Shown: in pieces, positions 18,676 to 29,046 of the stretch
How the letters are laid out: each line of letters opens with the position of its first letter
Position numbering within the stretch: position 1 is the first letter of the stretch
IMG/VR virus record: IMGVR_UViG_3300033145_001320
Location: 17,768 to 81,767 of that record
Direction: 5' to 3' (one strand)
From: a virus
DNA: 64,000 nt
Notes under the pieces: model-generated
What the model saw: the letters and a program-made list of their open reading frames with translations, nothing else
What the model was told of the DNA's origin: nothing
Databases searched by the model: none
Translations under genes and position numbers: made by a program

Positions 18676-19039
18676 AACGTGGTCCTTTTTTAAAATTATT
18701 TGATTTCCAATTGATATACCTTTTCATTCTATCTTCACATGTTTCATTGAACTTGTGCTCATCAAAATTATCAGCAATGAATTGTGATGCTTCTTTCTGC
18801 TTGGTTCCTGTAAATTTAATCTCTAACCTTTTTTCAATATCCTTTATGAGTCTATATTGTTTTCCGGTGATATTGTTAAATTTGAGATTATTTTTGATTT
18901 TAAATTGTTTGTTTTCTTCGGCATACTTCTGAAGAAATAAATCAGCACCTTTTCTGGTATTATAACCTGTAAATTTAACATTCAAATTTCTTTCGATATC
19001 TTCAACATATTTTCTTTGAACCTTGGTCATAACAGCCAT
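18650..19039 (-). CDS. Hypothetical protein with internal duplication
   Basis: TKVQRKYVEDIERNLNVKFTG repeated as TGKQYRLIKDIEKRLEIKFTG. Confidence 0.65.
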   Translation of the reverse strand: MAVMTKVQRKYVEDIERNLNVKFTGYNTRKGADLFLQKYAEENKQFKIKNNLKFNNITGKQYRLIKDIEKRLEIKFTGTKQKEASQFIADNFDEHKFNETCEDRMKRYINWKSNNFKKGPRYEKQSPYD

Positions 19040-19245
19040 TGTAGCTTTCTCCTATTATCATAAATCCAACTTGCTGCGTTTCTTGCTTCATATGATGATA
19101 AATCAGATTTGATATGATATAAGATCTTATATTTTCCTCGTTCCACAGTTTCCAAAATACCCAATCTTGATAAAATTCCTCTATAGTTATCATCTGTTGT
19201 ACGATATGCTGATGTACGGGAATATAGTGTTTTATTTTTTGCCAT
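19027..19245 (-). CDS. Hypothetical protein
   Basis: 72-aa ORF; competes with overlapping frame 19002..19253. Confidence 0.45.
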   Translation of the reverse strand: MAKNKTLYSRTSAYRTTDDNYRGILSRLGILETVERGKYKILYHIKSDLSSYEARNAASWIYDNRRKLQWLL

Positions 19246-19264
19246 TTGTTCATTGTCAGCTTCC

Positions 19265-19516
19265 TTATTTTATCTTATATAAGAGTCTGCCTTTTTTATC
19301 ATATATCCTTGACCCATATTTATTAGTACGAATCTTTCCTACATATTTTCCTTTTTTATCATATATCCTTGACTCATGTTTATTAACATGAATCTTCCCT
19401 GCATAACTCCCATCCTTATTATAAATTCTATGTCTTTCAGGAAAGTCATACAAGGTCCCAGTAGTTATGCACCCACATATGAAAATGGTGCATAACATAC
19501 TCATAAATAGTTTCAT
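19265..19516 (-). CDS. Small lipoprotein with RIYDKKGxYxGKI repeats
   Basis: Signal peptide plus ICGC lipobox; three ~19-aa repeats, also visible at DNA level. Confidence 0.65.
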   Translation of the reverse strand: MKLFMSMLCTIFICGCITTGTLYDFPERHRIYNKDGSYAGKIHVNKHESRIYDKKGKYVGKIRTNKYGSRIYDKKGRLLYKIK

Positions 19517-19639
19517 TTTATTGGTCTCCTTATTTTAGGAATCCAAATTTATATACTCTTTGGTATAACCGTGTTTTTATCAATCAACCCAACTTCAGGG
19601 ATTAATCTTGTGTTCATATCAAGATTCATAACCATTTCT

Positions 19640-19915
19640 TTATTTTCTGGAATTATATATTTCCAACCGATAGCGGTTAATACCTTTAAAATTCTTGATA
19701 CATCCTCGAATGGTTCCAGTTGGATTTTCTTTCATGACTTTAAAGTTTACATCAGTCATTGTGGCTGTTTTTGTTTTTTTATTTATTTTTAATGAGTAAT
19801 GTGATGTTATCCATATAAATCCATCTGTTTGGTCATTTAAAAAATTTTCAGTCCATTCAAGATCAGATTTGTTTGGGGTCCATTTACTAAAATTTAACAT
19901 TTTGTTCGTGTCCAT
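19640..19915 (-). CDS. Hypothetical protein (probably frameshifted near 19715; alternate frame continues to ~19536)
   Basis: Alternate frame reads LEPFEDVSRILKVLTAIGWKYIIPENKEMV...NLDS*. Confidence 0.55.
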   Translation of the reverse strand: MDTNKMLNFSKWTPNKSDLEWTENFLNDQTDGFIWITSHYSLKINKKTKTATMTDVNFKVMKENPTGTIRGCIKNFKGINRYRLEIYNSRK

Positions 19916-19924
19916 TATTCTCCT

Positions 19925-20704
19925 TTATTTTAAAAAACCAAATTTATAAACTCCTTCCCTCATTCGATCTTCGAATGTTTTGTAGAGAATAGCAAACTTG
20001 TCTAAATCATTTTTGAAGTATTTTTCCAATACAAAGTTTTTTATTTGCCACCATCCAGCATCCCATCTATCTAAATTCCAATGAGGGGTTTTTTGATGTA
20101 CAATTTTTCTTGCCTCAATGGACATCTTTATCAAGGATGCAGCTGTTGTCAAAACTTCTTCAGCATCTGAAGACAATCTTAAATTATGAATATTATGATG
20201 GTTCAGTAAAAATCTTTCGTTATTATCTTGATATGAATTTTGAACTAACTCTGTAAAATTTATAGATGAGGAAAGATCAACCATTTCTTCTTTTTTTATA
20301 AAGAACCATTGATTCAGTATATTAAATTTTTCATTCTTGAATGAAAATTGATAGCTTTTTGTATTAAATAAACAATATATGATCGAATCTATATACCATT
20401 GAAAATAATCTTCTTGTGAATCGTCTGGCCATACATATTCTTGTATTCTCTCATAAAAATGAGTCCATTTATCTGTCAATAAATTAGCGGTAGCAGCAGG
20501 CACAACTTTATGAAAATTAGATCTATCCACATAAATTCCACCGGTTACTGTCAAATTTGTTGATGATATTGCAATATTCGCTTCCTCTCTATTATATGCT
20601 AATGTAACATATCCTAAATATGGAAGTTCTTTCTTTGATTCGATTTCATACCCAGTTCCATTTGAAAATAATTTTTTTGGGGATGTAATTATCATTGTTG
20701 TCAT
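19925..20704 (-). CDS. C-terminal (specificity-like) part of a type IIG-like restriction-modification protein
   Basis: WDAGWWQIK...MREGVYKFGFLK ending; translationally coupled to the upstream MTase-like ORF. Confidence 0.5.
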   Translation of the reverse strand: MTTMIITSPKKLFSNGTGYEIESKKELPYLGYVTLAYNREEANIAISSTNLTVTGGIYVDRSNFHKVVPAATANLLTDKWTHFYERIQEYVWPDDSQEDYFQWYIDSIIYCLFNTKSYQFSFKNEKFNILNQWFFIKKEEMVDLSSSINFTELVQNSYQDNNERFLLNHHNIHNLRLSSDAEEVLTTAASLIKMSIEARKIVHQKTPHWNLDRWDAGWWQIKNFVLEKYFKNDLDKFAILYKTFEDRMREGVYKFGFLK

Positions 20705-22527
20705 AGAGTTACCTCACTAACTACACGTTCCTTTAAACAATTTTGCATTTCATCACAATTATATAGTTTTATTTTTCCATTAGATTCTAAATTTTTATCA
20801 TATAAATCAAATTCAAATTCATATTTAGATGTTTCTTCTTTAGGGGAAAAGATGCAAAAACACATTACAAAGTCATCAGTTAAAGATGGAAAAACTGTTG
20901 CTGGAAACATAACTCCTTTTTCCATCTTATAATAGTTAAACCATAAATTTCTAAAATCTCTATTATTAAATCCTGTAAAGAAAGTACCTAATAGAAATGT
21001 TGAAACATATTGATTATCATTTTTATAGTATCTTCTATTAAATAAAATTCTATATAGAAAATTGATGTATAGTTCTGAGTTAACACGGGCCAATTCTGGA
21101 TCCTCTTTCATATAAAGTTTGGTAATATCATTTTCATCAGGAAAAAGACGTTCTTTTTCATTATATCCGCCTGGCGTACTCATTGGAGGATTTTGTAATA
21201 TGTGAATATTTTTATTTTGTAACATTGCCAATATTAAGTCAACCGGAATTTTTGAATTTTCATGAAAAATCAAGGAAGATGAGTTCTGCATATTTTTAAA
21301 AACTTTTTTGATTTCACTTTTATCAACTGTTATTTTGCCTTTTTTATTTATTTTTTTAACAACTGATAAATCATCATTTAAGAAATCTAATTGAAATTTA
21401 ATAGCATTAATATTATTTTCTTTTGAAATTGTAAAATCGTCCTTAAATAAATTTGAACAATATAATCTCTCAATTGCATATCCGTATTTATGGTTAGTTA
21501 GATTTTGTGTTGCACAACATGTATCCCACCACCACAATTCATTGAATGGATTAATGTCAATTCCTTCAAAATAAGGAAGAATATATTTCTCATATAGAAA
21601 TTCCGCCAAAGGTATAGGTGTGTAATATTCGCCTGTTGCTCTTCTATATTTATCTTCGCTAAGATCATCAAATTCACTTGAAATATTATCTAACGTTTCT
21701 TTATTTGAAATTGGAAAATCATATTTTGATATAAACATTGATAATGCTAAAGGAATTATTTCTAGATCATAAATGATATTATCAACTGTAGTTATCATTA
21801 TTTTTTCATCTACATGATACTTGCCTAAAATAATAGCATGATAAAAAATTACTTTTAATTGATTAAAGTTATATTTTTCTTGATCTGATAGAACTGTATT
21901 TTTAAATTCTCTATATATAAGACTCAGATTTTTCATACTCACAACCTTTTTATTAATCTTTAGTTTTCCACTTTTAAAACAATATTCAATATAATTATAA
22001 ATATCATCGACACTAGTTTCTTTATTTTCAAAATATGTGATTTTATTAAAGTCCAGTATCTCTTTTTTTATATCATATCTTAACCATTTATAATTATTCT
22101 CTGTATCATCATATAATTTTCTGGCTGAACTTGTTGGGATTCTTTCATCGTGAAAATATTTTTCTATATTTTTTGTTTCTAAAATAAAACAAAAATCTTT
22201 TAAAACCCCAACTAACAATGATGGATTCTCTTGTGGAAGATTATTTATAGCTTTTGCATACACAATTAACTGTGATATAACTCGACTACACTCATCTTCA
22301 GACAAATTGATGTTTTTCCCCTCAACTAAAAATGAGAAATCAAGAACATAGTGATATCCATCACTATTCACTAAAGATATATTTGTAGTTCCTCGCTTTT
22401 TTAATCCACTATTAATAATTTCTAATATATCAGTCTCAACTAAGTTTGTAGGTATTTTTAATTCTTCTTTTTCTTTTATTAAATATGTAATTGTTTCTTT
22501 TTGCATGATAAACTCCATTTTATACAC
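20701..22527 (-). CDS. N6-adenine DNA methyltransferase-like protein with degenerate motifs
   Basis: RRATGEYYTP (motif X), WDTCCATQNL (motif I-like), FQLDFLND, QNPPM (motif IV-like); very AT-rich. Confidence 0.7.
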   Translation of the reverse strand: MYKMEFIMQKETITYLIKEKEELKIPTNLVETDILEIINSGLKKRGTTNISLVNSDGYHYVLDFSFLVEGKNINLSEDECSRVISQLIVYAKAINNLPQENPSLLVGVLKDFCFILETKNIEKYFHDERIPTSSARKLYDDTENNYKWLRYDIKKEILDFNKITYFENKETSVDDIYNYIEYCFKSGKLKINKKVVSMKNLSLIYREFKNTVLSDQEKYNFNQLKVIFYHAIILGKYHVDEKIMITTVDNIIYDLEIIPLALSMFISKYDFPISNKETLDNISSEFDDLSEDKYRRATGEYYTPIPLAEFLYEKYILPYFEGIDINPFNELWWWDTCCATQNLTNHKYGYAIERLYCSNLFKDDFTISKENNINAIKFQLDFLNDDLSVVKKINKKGKITVDKSEIKKVFKNMQNSSSLIFHENSKIPVDLILAMLQNKNIHILQNPPMSTPGGYNEKERLFPDENDITKLYMKEDPELARVNSELYINFLYRILFNRRYYKNDNQYVSTFLLGTFFTGFNNRDFRNLWFNYYKMEKGVMFPATVFPSLTDDFVMCFCIFSPKEETSKYEFEFDLYDKNLESNGKIKLYNCDEMQNCLKERVVSEVTL

Positions 22528-24312
22528 TCATGATATCAGTTTCCTTTTTTCTTCTGCACTTGAAAACAATATTGATAACTTGTCGATATCTTTACTATAT
22601 TCAATCGGTATTAGATTTCTTGTTGCTTCATCAAGTAAACATATTCTTAATTGTGCAGGATTCATTTCCCCAAGTCCTTTGTACCTTTGAATCTTTCGAC
22701 CCTTTGCTCTAGCTTTTTCCAATTCTTTTTCTGACCATAAAGGGATAAATGTTTTTCCTTCATGAATTGCAAACAAAGGAGTTTGAGCGATAAAATAGTT
22801 TCCTGCTTGAACAATTTCTGGAACTAAGATTCCCATAACCATTGATACAAGACATGCAATATGATTTCCATCATGATCAGCATCAGTCGAACATACGATT
22901 TTGTCATACCTTAATTTACTAATATCAAAGTCTGGACCAACTCCAGTTCCCAACGCTTTAATTAATTCTCCTACTTCTTTATTTTCGAGAATGTTTTTCT
23001 TTGTTGTGACATTCGGAATTGATTTTCCTCTTAGTGGAAGGATTGCATGAATGGTTGGATTCCTTGATTGTATAATTGAACCACCTGCTGAATCTCCCTC
23101 AACTATAAATAATTCACCATTTCGACTTGTACAGTCTCTTAGTTTTGTGAATTGTGTAGATGCTCTTCTTCCTCCTGATCCGTTTGTTTTCAACTTCTTT
23201 GCATCTAAACGTTTTCTATATTCAGAAAATCGTTCAAGCCATTCAATCATTAATGGTTCTTGAACCTGTGCAAATTCTTCCAGTTGTGATCTGAAATCTT
23301 TTGCGAATTTATCAAAATCTGTTTTTCGATTTGTTAGTTTATCTTTTGTCTGCCCTGAAAACTTTGGTTCAATTAAATTCAACATCAGATATGCTCGTAA
23401 ACCATACAAACAATCATTTGGTTGAAATGATAAACCATGTTTCTTTGCTTTTGATGTGAAGAACTCTTTCAAAATATCTTGAAATAATAAAACATGTGTA
23501 CCGCCTGCATTAACAGGTAGTAGATTCACAGATGAAATCATTTTTGGAGATACTGATCCATCTGTTTCATAAGCAAATAATACATGAAATTTTTCAGGTG
23601 CTTTGTCTGAATTTAAAAATGTTGCTATAGTTTTGCCTTTACCTGTCAAGCAATTACGAGCAAAATGTTCTTCAATGCTTAATTGAAATACTTCCTTTTC
23701 GCCATCGACAATCAACACGAAGCTAATATCATTTGACATTTCTGCTGATGCTGTTGTTAAGCGTCTTCTAATTCTATCAAGATCAGGTGTTAGTGTTTCG
23801 AAGAATTTAGCATCAGGAGTAAACTCAATTTTTGTTGAGAATGGTCTTTCGTCTTTATAAGGTTCAATTTTCGAACGTTTTAATTTAGCATTGTTAAACT
23901 CGAATATACCATATTGCTTATCTCGATATACTTCAACTGTATAATCTGTGCTTAGAGCATTAACAACAATCAATCCAACACCGTGTAATCCTGAACTTAT
24001 TTCATATGCTGTTTTTCTATCTTGAAACTTTCCCCCTGAGAATAGTTTTGATGAAATTATGATCGGAGTGTTATCATCAAGTGGGATTCCTCTCCCATCA
24101 TCAAGTACTGAAAATTTATTTAATTTTGTGTCTATTATAACAGCAATAATTTTTGCATGACCGGATAAAGCCTCATCAAGAGAATTATCTAAAATTTCTT
24201 CAAGCAGATGTGTTGGAGTCTCACTAGATCCAATGTACATACCAGAATTTAACTGTATATGTTCTATTTCTTCAAGAACTTGAATATCTTTTGCCGTGTA
24301 TCTTTTTGCCAT
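22528..24312 (-). CDS. Type IIA topoisomerase, GyrB/ParE-like subunit
   Basis: EILDNSLDE, DDGRGIP, GLHGVG, VEGDSAGG, PLRGK, TDADHDG, RYKGLGEM. Confidence 0.95.
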   Translation of the reverse strand: MAKRYTAKDIQVLEEIEHIQLNSGMYIGSSETPTHLLEEILDNSLDEALSGHAKIIAVIIDTKLNKFSVLDDGRGIPLDDNTPIIISSKLFSGGKFQDRKTAYEISSGLHGVGLIVVNALSTDYTVEVYRDKQYGIFEFNNAKLKRSKIEPYKDERPFSTKIEFTPDAKFFETLTPDLDRIRRRLTTASAEMSNDISFVLIVDGEKEVFQLSIEEHFARNCLTGKGKTIATFLNSDKAPEKFHVLFAYETDGSVSPKMISSVNLLPVNAGGTHVLLFQDILKEFFTSKAKKHGLSFQPNDCLYGLRAYLMLNLIEPKFSGQTKDKLTNRKTDFDKFAKDFRSQLEEFAQVQEPLMIEWLERFSEYRKRLDAKKLKTNGSGGRRASTQFTKLRDCTSRNGELFIVEGDSAGGSIIQSRNPTIHAILPLRGKSIPNVTTKKNILENKEVGELIKALGTGVGPDFDISKLRYDKIVCSTDADHDGNHIACLVSMVMGILVPEIVQAGNYFIAQTPLFAIHEGKTFIPLWSEKELEKARAKGRKIQRYKGLGEMNPAQLRICLLDEATRNLIPIEYSKDIDKLSILFSSAEEKRKLIS

Positions 24313-24386
24313 TCAGAGTCCTCCTTTAATACTCTAATACAAGTCCATCCATTTTTATGGCTACTTATTTTATTATTAGCAACTAA

Positions 24387-25049
24387 TTACATACACCCAT
24401 AATTTAATTTATTCTCGTTACAAAACATTTTTAAATTATAAACTTCATATATAAGTTCATTTGGAGAAGTACATACATACTTAAATTTAGTTCTTCCAGT
24501 TAAAGAATCACTGAGTTTTTCTCTAGCTCCCGGTTTATGCATAGATGGTTTTTGTTTCATAAACATAGAATGATCTGGTCTTTTTCTTCCCTTTAAAGTA
24601 TTTGCATGCTTTATACATTCATCGGGGTTATTCATCCTACCACGTCCTTTATTTATCATATCCTGAGCATTATCTTTAGAAGTTCCAACAAACAAATGAT
24701 CTGGGTTTACACAATAAGTTATATCACACTTATGACAAATATACATATCATTAGGAATAGATCCCACATATAATTCATAAAAAATTCTATGAGCTTGATT
24801 ATCATTATAACAACCATAATTATTATTTTTCTTTCCTTGTATCCATTCCCAGCAATTAGTTTTATCATTTATAATATATCTATCTGCTAATTCTATCTTT
24901 AAATATTCTTTTAACAGACTTGAATGCTCATTCCAATAAATCTCTTTATTTGGATGATCTAGCATACGAGTTAAATGTTGGTTTAAATATCTAAGAGACC
25001 TGAATGTTTTTCCGCAAATTTTACAGTTAAAAATGTTTTCCTCTGTCAT
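24387..25049 (-). CDS. HNH homing endonuclease with N-terminal C2H2-like finger
   Basis: CKICGKTF..L..H; CWEW..AHRIFY..ICHKCDITYCVNPDHLFVGTSKDNAQDM. Confidence 0.88.
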   Translation of the reverse strand: MTEENIFNCKICGKTFRSLRYLNQHLTRMLDHPNKEIYWNEHSSLLKEYLKIELADRYIINDKTNCWEWIQGKKNNNYGCYNDNQAHRIFYELYVGSIPNDMYICHKCDITYCVNPDHLFVGTSKDNAQDMINKGRGRMNNPDECIKHANTLKGRKRPDHSMFMKQKPSMHKPGAREKLSDSLTGRTKFKYVCTSPNELIYEVYNLKMFCNENKLNYGCM

Positions 25050-25079
25050 TTCCCATCGTTTGCCTCCTTTAAAATTATA

Positions 25080-25116
25080 GTAACCAGACTTAAAACTAAT
25101 TTTTAAGTCTGGTTAC
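25080..25116. repeat. 16-bp perfect inverted repeat (terminator or operator)
   Basis: gtaaccagacttaaaa-ctaat-ttttaagtctggttac. Confidence 0.8.
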
Positions 25117-25124
25117 CATTTTGA

Positions 25125-25295
25125 TCAGTCCTGTGTGTTTTGATCATATGGAAATACTGGGTACCATTTAACACACATAAAATAAACATATAATATATCA
25201 ACGGCTAATAGAACCGTATTTCCTGTAATACCTGCAACCATAGCTAATCTCCATGCAGCCATCCATAGTAACATAACCCAAATTATATGTAACAT
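25125..25295 (-). CDS. Small membrane protein, 56 aa (not in ORF track)
   Basis: MLHIIWVMLLWMAAWRLAMVAGITGNTVLLAVDILYVYFMCVKWYPVF...; two hydrophobic segments. Confidence 0.55.
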   Translation of the reverse strand: MLHIIWVMLLWMAAWRLAMVAGITGNTVLLAVDILYVYFMCVKWYPVFPYDQNTQD

Positions 25296-25298
25296 AGT

Positions 25299-26732
25299 CT
25301 ATATCCTTACCACATATCCAGTCTTGTTCACAGCATCAGCAGTACCATTAGGAGTTATAACCCAAATTAATTTATTCGGGAGAAGCTTCCGTGGTATTTC
25401 ATTAATGTTTTCAGTGTAACCATCTGTAAAAGCAAGGCACACATCACAACATAATTCTTTTGCTCTTTTAAGACCAGGATATAATGTTGTTCCACCTCGA
25501 CCTTTAATGTCGAATTGGATGTCTCGAAGTTTCTTTACAGCATATTCTTTCTCAACTACGGCATCAACTTCAAGAACTGTTGTATAACAATGTCTATCTT
25601 TTTCGATTATATTCTTAACGCCTGACAATCCTTCTAAAATATCATCAGACGACATACTACCAGACGTATCAATCAAAACACAAATATCAAATGTCATGTC
25701 TCGAGTCTTACCCGGAAATGGAGATATTTGAGGAACATTCTTGTTGTCCTTCAATAGAAAAGTATATGTTCTCTTTCGATTTATTTTTGTAGGGGAACGT
25801 CTGAATTTACTGAATCGTGTACCCCTTACAAGTTTTCTGATTATCTGATAGTAAGGTGCCTTTGGTGGTGCTAAAGCACTTTGTATTAATTGTGAAATGT
25901 GTGATGGAATCGACCCTCGATCTTTATTAAAACTTTTCACAGATTCTTTAACAATGTTCGAAATGTGTTGATCAATTTTTCTGGATAATGCACTTAAATC
26001 GGGAACACCTTTTGTTCCATTAATCCAATCCCTATGAGTATCAAGTCCACCATGTGCAGGACACCCTTCGGCACCAAAACCAGGGCATGAGTTATCTTCT
26101 GATTGATCAGATTTTCCTTCGCCCTGACCTTTACCCTGACCTTCTTCTTTTCCTTCGCCTTTTCCATCACCATCACATTTATCACCATCCTGATTGTTAT
26201 TTTTTGGACAGCTTTTACACATTTGTTGTATTAACTGTTGTATAGTTTCATCATGATTTTGAAGTAAGTGTAGATAATATTCTTCTGTTACCTTTCCTTC
26301 CTCCATATCATATGTTGCAGGCAATTGGGGTGGCCACGCTTTCCCTGCAACAATTATAGGTTCTCTTATATTGGCTTGAACATTAACTGAACAATCAGCA
26401 GCAATATTCCAAGCCTGGATTTTTAAAGCTTTTCTATCGTTGATAGTCTCATTTGCTAATATTCTTAACAAACGTGTGATATGCTTATTTAATAAATGCA
26501 TACCCTCATGTTCAATGATTTTATATATTTCTTTATCATCTGTTGCCATAAAGAGATCAGGTTCATATAATAATGTTATTGTTCCGTCAGGTTGAGGAGC
26601 AACACCCATAATAGAACCAAAGTTCTTTGCAGGTTTTCTTCTGACTCTTGAAAACAGATATCCCCAGTAATTATACTTCAATACGAATCTTGCAATTAAT
26701 TGTTTTAATCTATCTCCGGCATTCTGTTCCAT
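25299..26732 (-). CDS. DUF2201-like metallopeptidase-vWA protein
   Basis: HEGMH (HExxH), WNIAADCSVN, IDTSGSMS, GRGGT, FTDGY. Confidence 0.88.
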   Translation of the reverse strand: MEQNAGDRLKQLIARFVLKYNYWGYLFSRVRRKPAKNFGSIMGVAPQPDGTITLLYEPDLFMATDDKEIYKIIEHEGMHLLNKHITRLLRILANETINDRKALKIQAWNIAADCSVNVQANIREPIIVAGKAWPPQLPATYDMEEGKVTEEYYLHLLQNHDETIQQLIQQMCKSCPKNNNQDGDKCDGDGKGEGKEEGQGKGQGEGKSDQSEDNSCPGFGAEGCPAHGGLDTHRDWINGTKGVPDLSALSRKIDQHISNIVKESVKSFNKDRGSIPSHISQLIQSALAPPKAPYYQIIRKLVRGTRFSKFRRSPTKINRKRTYTFLLKDNKNVPQISPFPGKTRDMTFDICVLIDTSGSMSSDDILEGLSGVKNIIEKDRHCYTTVLEVDAVVEKEYAVKKLRDIQFDIKGRGGTTLYPGLKRAKELCCDVCLAFTDGYTENINEIPRKLLPNKLIWVITPNGTADAVNKTGYVVRI

Positions 26733-26741
26733 AGCAACTCC

Positions 26742-28007
26742 TTATAAAGAACCTTCGCCAGCCTGCACAACTGGATCATAGAAATTTTTCTTATATGACT
26801 TTGAACTCTTCAACAATACCATGTGAATTTTTGTCATATACATAAATGCTGGCGATGACCTATCAAAAGAATCAATCTGCGAAATAAATAACGCCGCAGT
26901 ATCAATTGGCATAATCAATAGAAAATCAAGCACGTTTTTCAATTTCTTATCATCATATTTAGGCATTGTTGTTGTCATATATGTGCAAAACCCAACCATC
27001 AATTCACTCAATTTTGAGTTATCATTGTCTTTCAACAATTTATTAATTTCAGGTTTAACAGCGCGGAAATTATGAAATACATCTTTTGGGTTAATGTCTT
27101 TCTTATCCCTTGCAAATTCAATGAATAATCGAGTCATGTGGGTATTTAAAAGACCTGATGCCTTGACTTCGATTTCAGCAAAGTCAATTGTTTTTCTTCG
27201 CATTTCCATTTTCCACAGAATATCTGAAAGTTTTTCATAACTTGCAGGGTTGGCATAAACTGATCCCAACTTTTGAGATTGAAAATCATATAGATATTCA
27301 GGATGAGTTTGAATAAACTCAACAATGTATGGATGAAAATCATGTTCAATTGCATAGTTCAAAAAGTCTACTGCACTAACTTCTGTATAAACATGAAGCT
27401 GCCGTCTAAGTCCTGCGGCATCCTCAAGGTTATCCATAGAATACTCAGAATCATCAGGGTTGTCAATTGATATAACAAACCATCCTTTTGGAAAGGGATA
27501 CCGATGAACTGAGTATTCATCTTGGATTTGCCACAATAACTGTTGTAATTGATGGTCTCCACGTGAAAATTCATCAATAACAAATATTCCATATGTATCT
27601 TCATATTTCGGAACGAAGTCCGAATATAACATTTTGAATGAAAATTGTTCATCCCCTTCAACTTCAACTGGGAATGGAATAATAAAATCGTCCCTTGAAA
27701 GAACAGGGGACTTAACCATAATACAACCGAAATCTTTTATATTGTCCGGATTCTTTTTGTTATGGCTACCAAACATTTCTTCCTGTAATTCATTTGCGAT
27801 TTGGTAGCAGATTTGAGTTTTACCAACTCCCGCTGGTCCGATGATGTGGTAACATTGTCTGACAACATCTCGCCCCAAATTCCATGTGGCGACTGTGTCC
27901 ATGATATCATTTTTGATTAAGCTTTTAATTTTATCAATTGATAAAACAGAGATATTTAAACGTTCGTGATATTTTAATTCAGCATCTTTTGTATTTTCAT
28001 CAGCCAT
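26742..28007 (-). CDS. MoxR-like AAA+ ATPase
   Basis: GPAGVGKT, VIDEFSR, LRRQ; paired with the vWA gene. Confidence 0.85.
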   Translation of the reverse strand: MADENTKDAELKYHERLNISVLSIDKIKSLIKNDIMDTVATWNLGRDVVRQCYHIIGPAGVGKTQICYQIANELQEEMFGSHNKKNPDNIKDFGCIMVKSPVLSRDDFIIPFPVEVEGDEQFSFKMLYSDFVPKYEDTYGIFVIDEFSRGDHQLQQLLWQIQDEYSVHRYPFPKGWFVISIDNPDDSEYSMDNLEDAAGLRRQLHVYTEVSAVDFLNYAIEHDFHPYIVEFIQTHPEYLYDFQSQKLGSVYANPASYEKLSDILWKMEMRRKTIDFAEIEVKASGLLNTHMTRLFIEFARDKKDINPKDVFHNFRAVKPEINKLLKDNDNSKLSELMVGFCTYMTTTMPKYDDKKLKNVLDFLLIMPIDTAALFISQIDSFDRSSPAFMYMTKIHMVLLKSSKSYKKNFYDPVVQAGEGSL

Positions 28008-28043
28008 TATTTGTAACTCCTTATCGGAATAAATTATTTATGG

Positions 28044-29018
28044 TTAAAATTCGATATCATCAAAGCTGAATGTTTTCTTTTCTTCAGCTGCTGGTGTTGC
28101 TGCTTGGGTTTCTGTTTGACCTGCATCTCCTGATGAAACTTGTGGTTCAGCTTCAGATGAAACAGGTTCTCCAATTTCCATAATCCCTTCTGGTCTGCTT
28201 CCATAACCGGTAGACGCTGCTTGCTTACTGTTTGCCCAGTTGAACTTACTTACGAATTGCTCGAGAGTATCCTTAGACAGCTTCAATATTTTCATGACAG
28301 CTTCTTTTGGAATTTCTGTTCCCTTGGTCAATTCGAATACATTAACATCATTTCCAAATGATGATCGTGCTGTTGATTTTGTCAACCTGGTAACAAAGCG
28401 TTTGTTGTTTACAATAGATTTTTCAAATTGTTTACTTTGATCAGTAACCGGTTCAAATATTGGATCTAAATCCTCATTGTAACGATCATTCAGATATTCA
28501 GAAACATTTGAATACTTCATTCCTTTACCACGGATAAATACAAAGATTGGTTTCTTTGCATCTGTTAATATAGGACTTCCATATGCATCACAGTAAATGC
28601 CTGCAACTAAAATTTGAGCACGACATTCACTACAGAAATCATTTGCTGCTCTTTCTGCTGATGTTAATGGGCAAGCACGATTACTTCCATCTGGTAAAGT
28701 TGATGTTCCGTACCACGGTGCAGAACCATCTTTATAAGAAAAACATTTAATGTTATCACGACCTTGTTCATTTTTGATTTTTGCTAAAATGTCCTTGGTA
28801 TGGGTAATCACTAAATTCACTTCATCCAAATTGTATTCAACACCACGAACCTGAAACTTGTCTTCAGCTTCTTCGATATTGATATGGTTCTTTCGAGTCT
28901 TTCCAGAAATATAAACACTATGGAAAAACTCATCTTCCGGAGCAGTAGCTTCTCCGCCTCCACCTTGAAACCCTGTTCCTGATAAATCTTGATAATCTTC
29001 AAAAGACTGTTGCGACAT
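28044..29018 (-). CDS. Putative single-stranded DNA-binding protein
   Basis: Low-complexity linker and acidic/aromatic C-terminal tail FSFDDIEF; internal Cys cluster. Confidence 0.45.
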   Translation of the reverse strand: MSQQSFEDYQDLSGTGFQGGGGEATAPEDEFFHSVYISGKTRKNHINIEEAEDKFQVRGVEYNLDEVNLVITHTKDILAKIKNEQGRDNIKCFSYKDGSAPWYGTSTLPDGSNRACPLTSAERAANDFCSECRAQILVAGIYCDAYGSPILTDAKKPIFVFIRGKGMKYSNVSEYLNDRYNEDLDPIFEPVTDQSKQFEKSIVNNKRFVTRLTKSTARSSFGNDVNVFELTKGTEIPKEAVMKILKLSKDTLEQFVSKFNWANSKQAASTGYGSRPEGIMEIGEPVSSEAEPQVSSGDAGQTETQAATPAAEEKKTFSFDDIEF

Positions 29019-29046
29019 AAATTGTCCCTCCTTCTTATTTTTCTGG

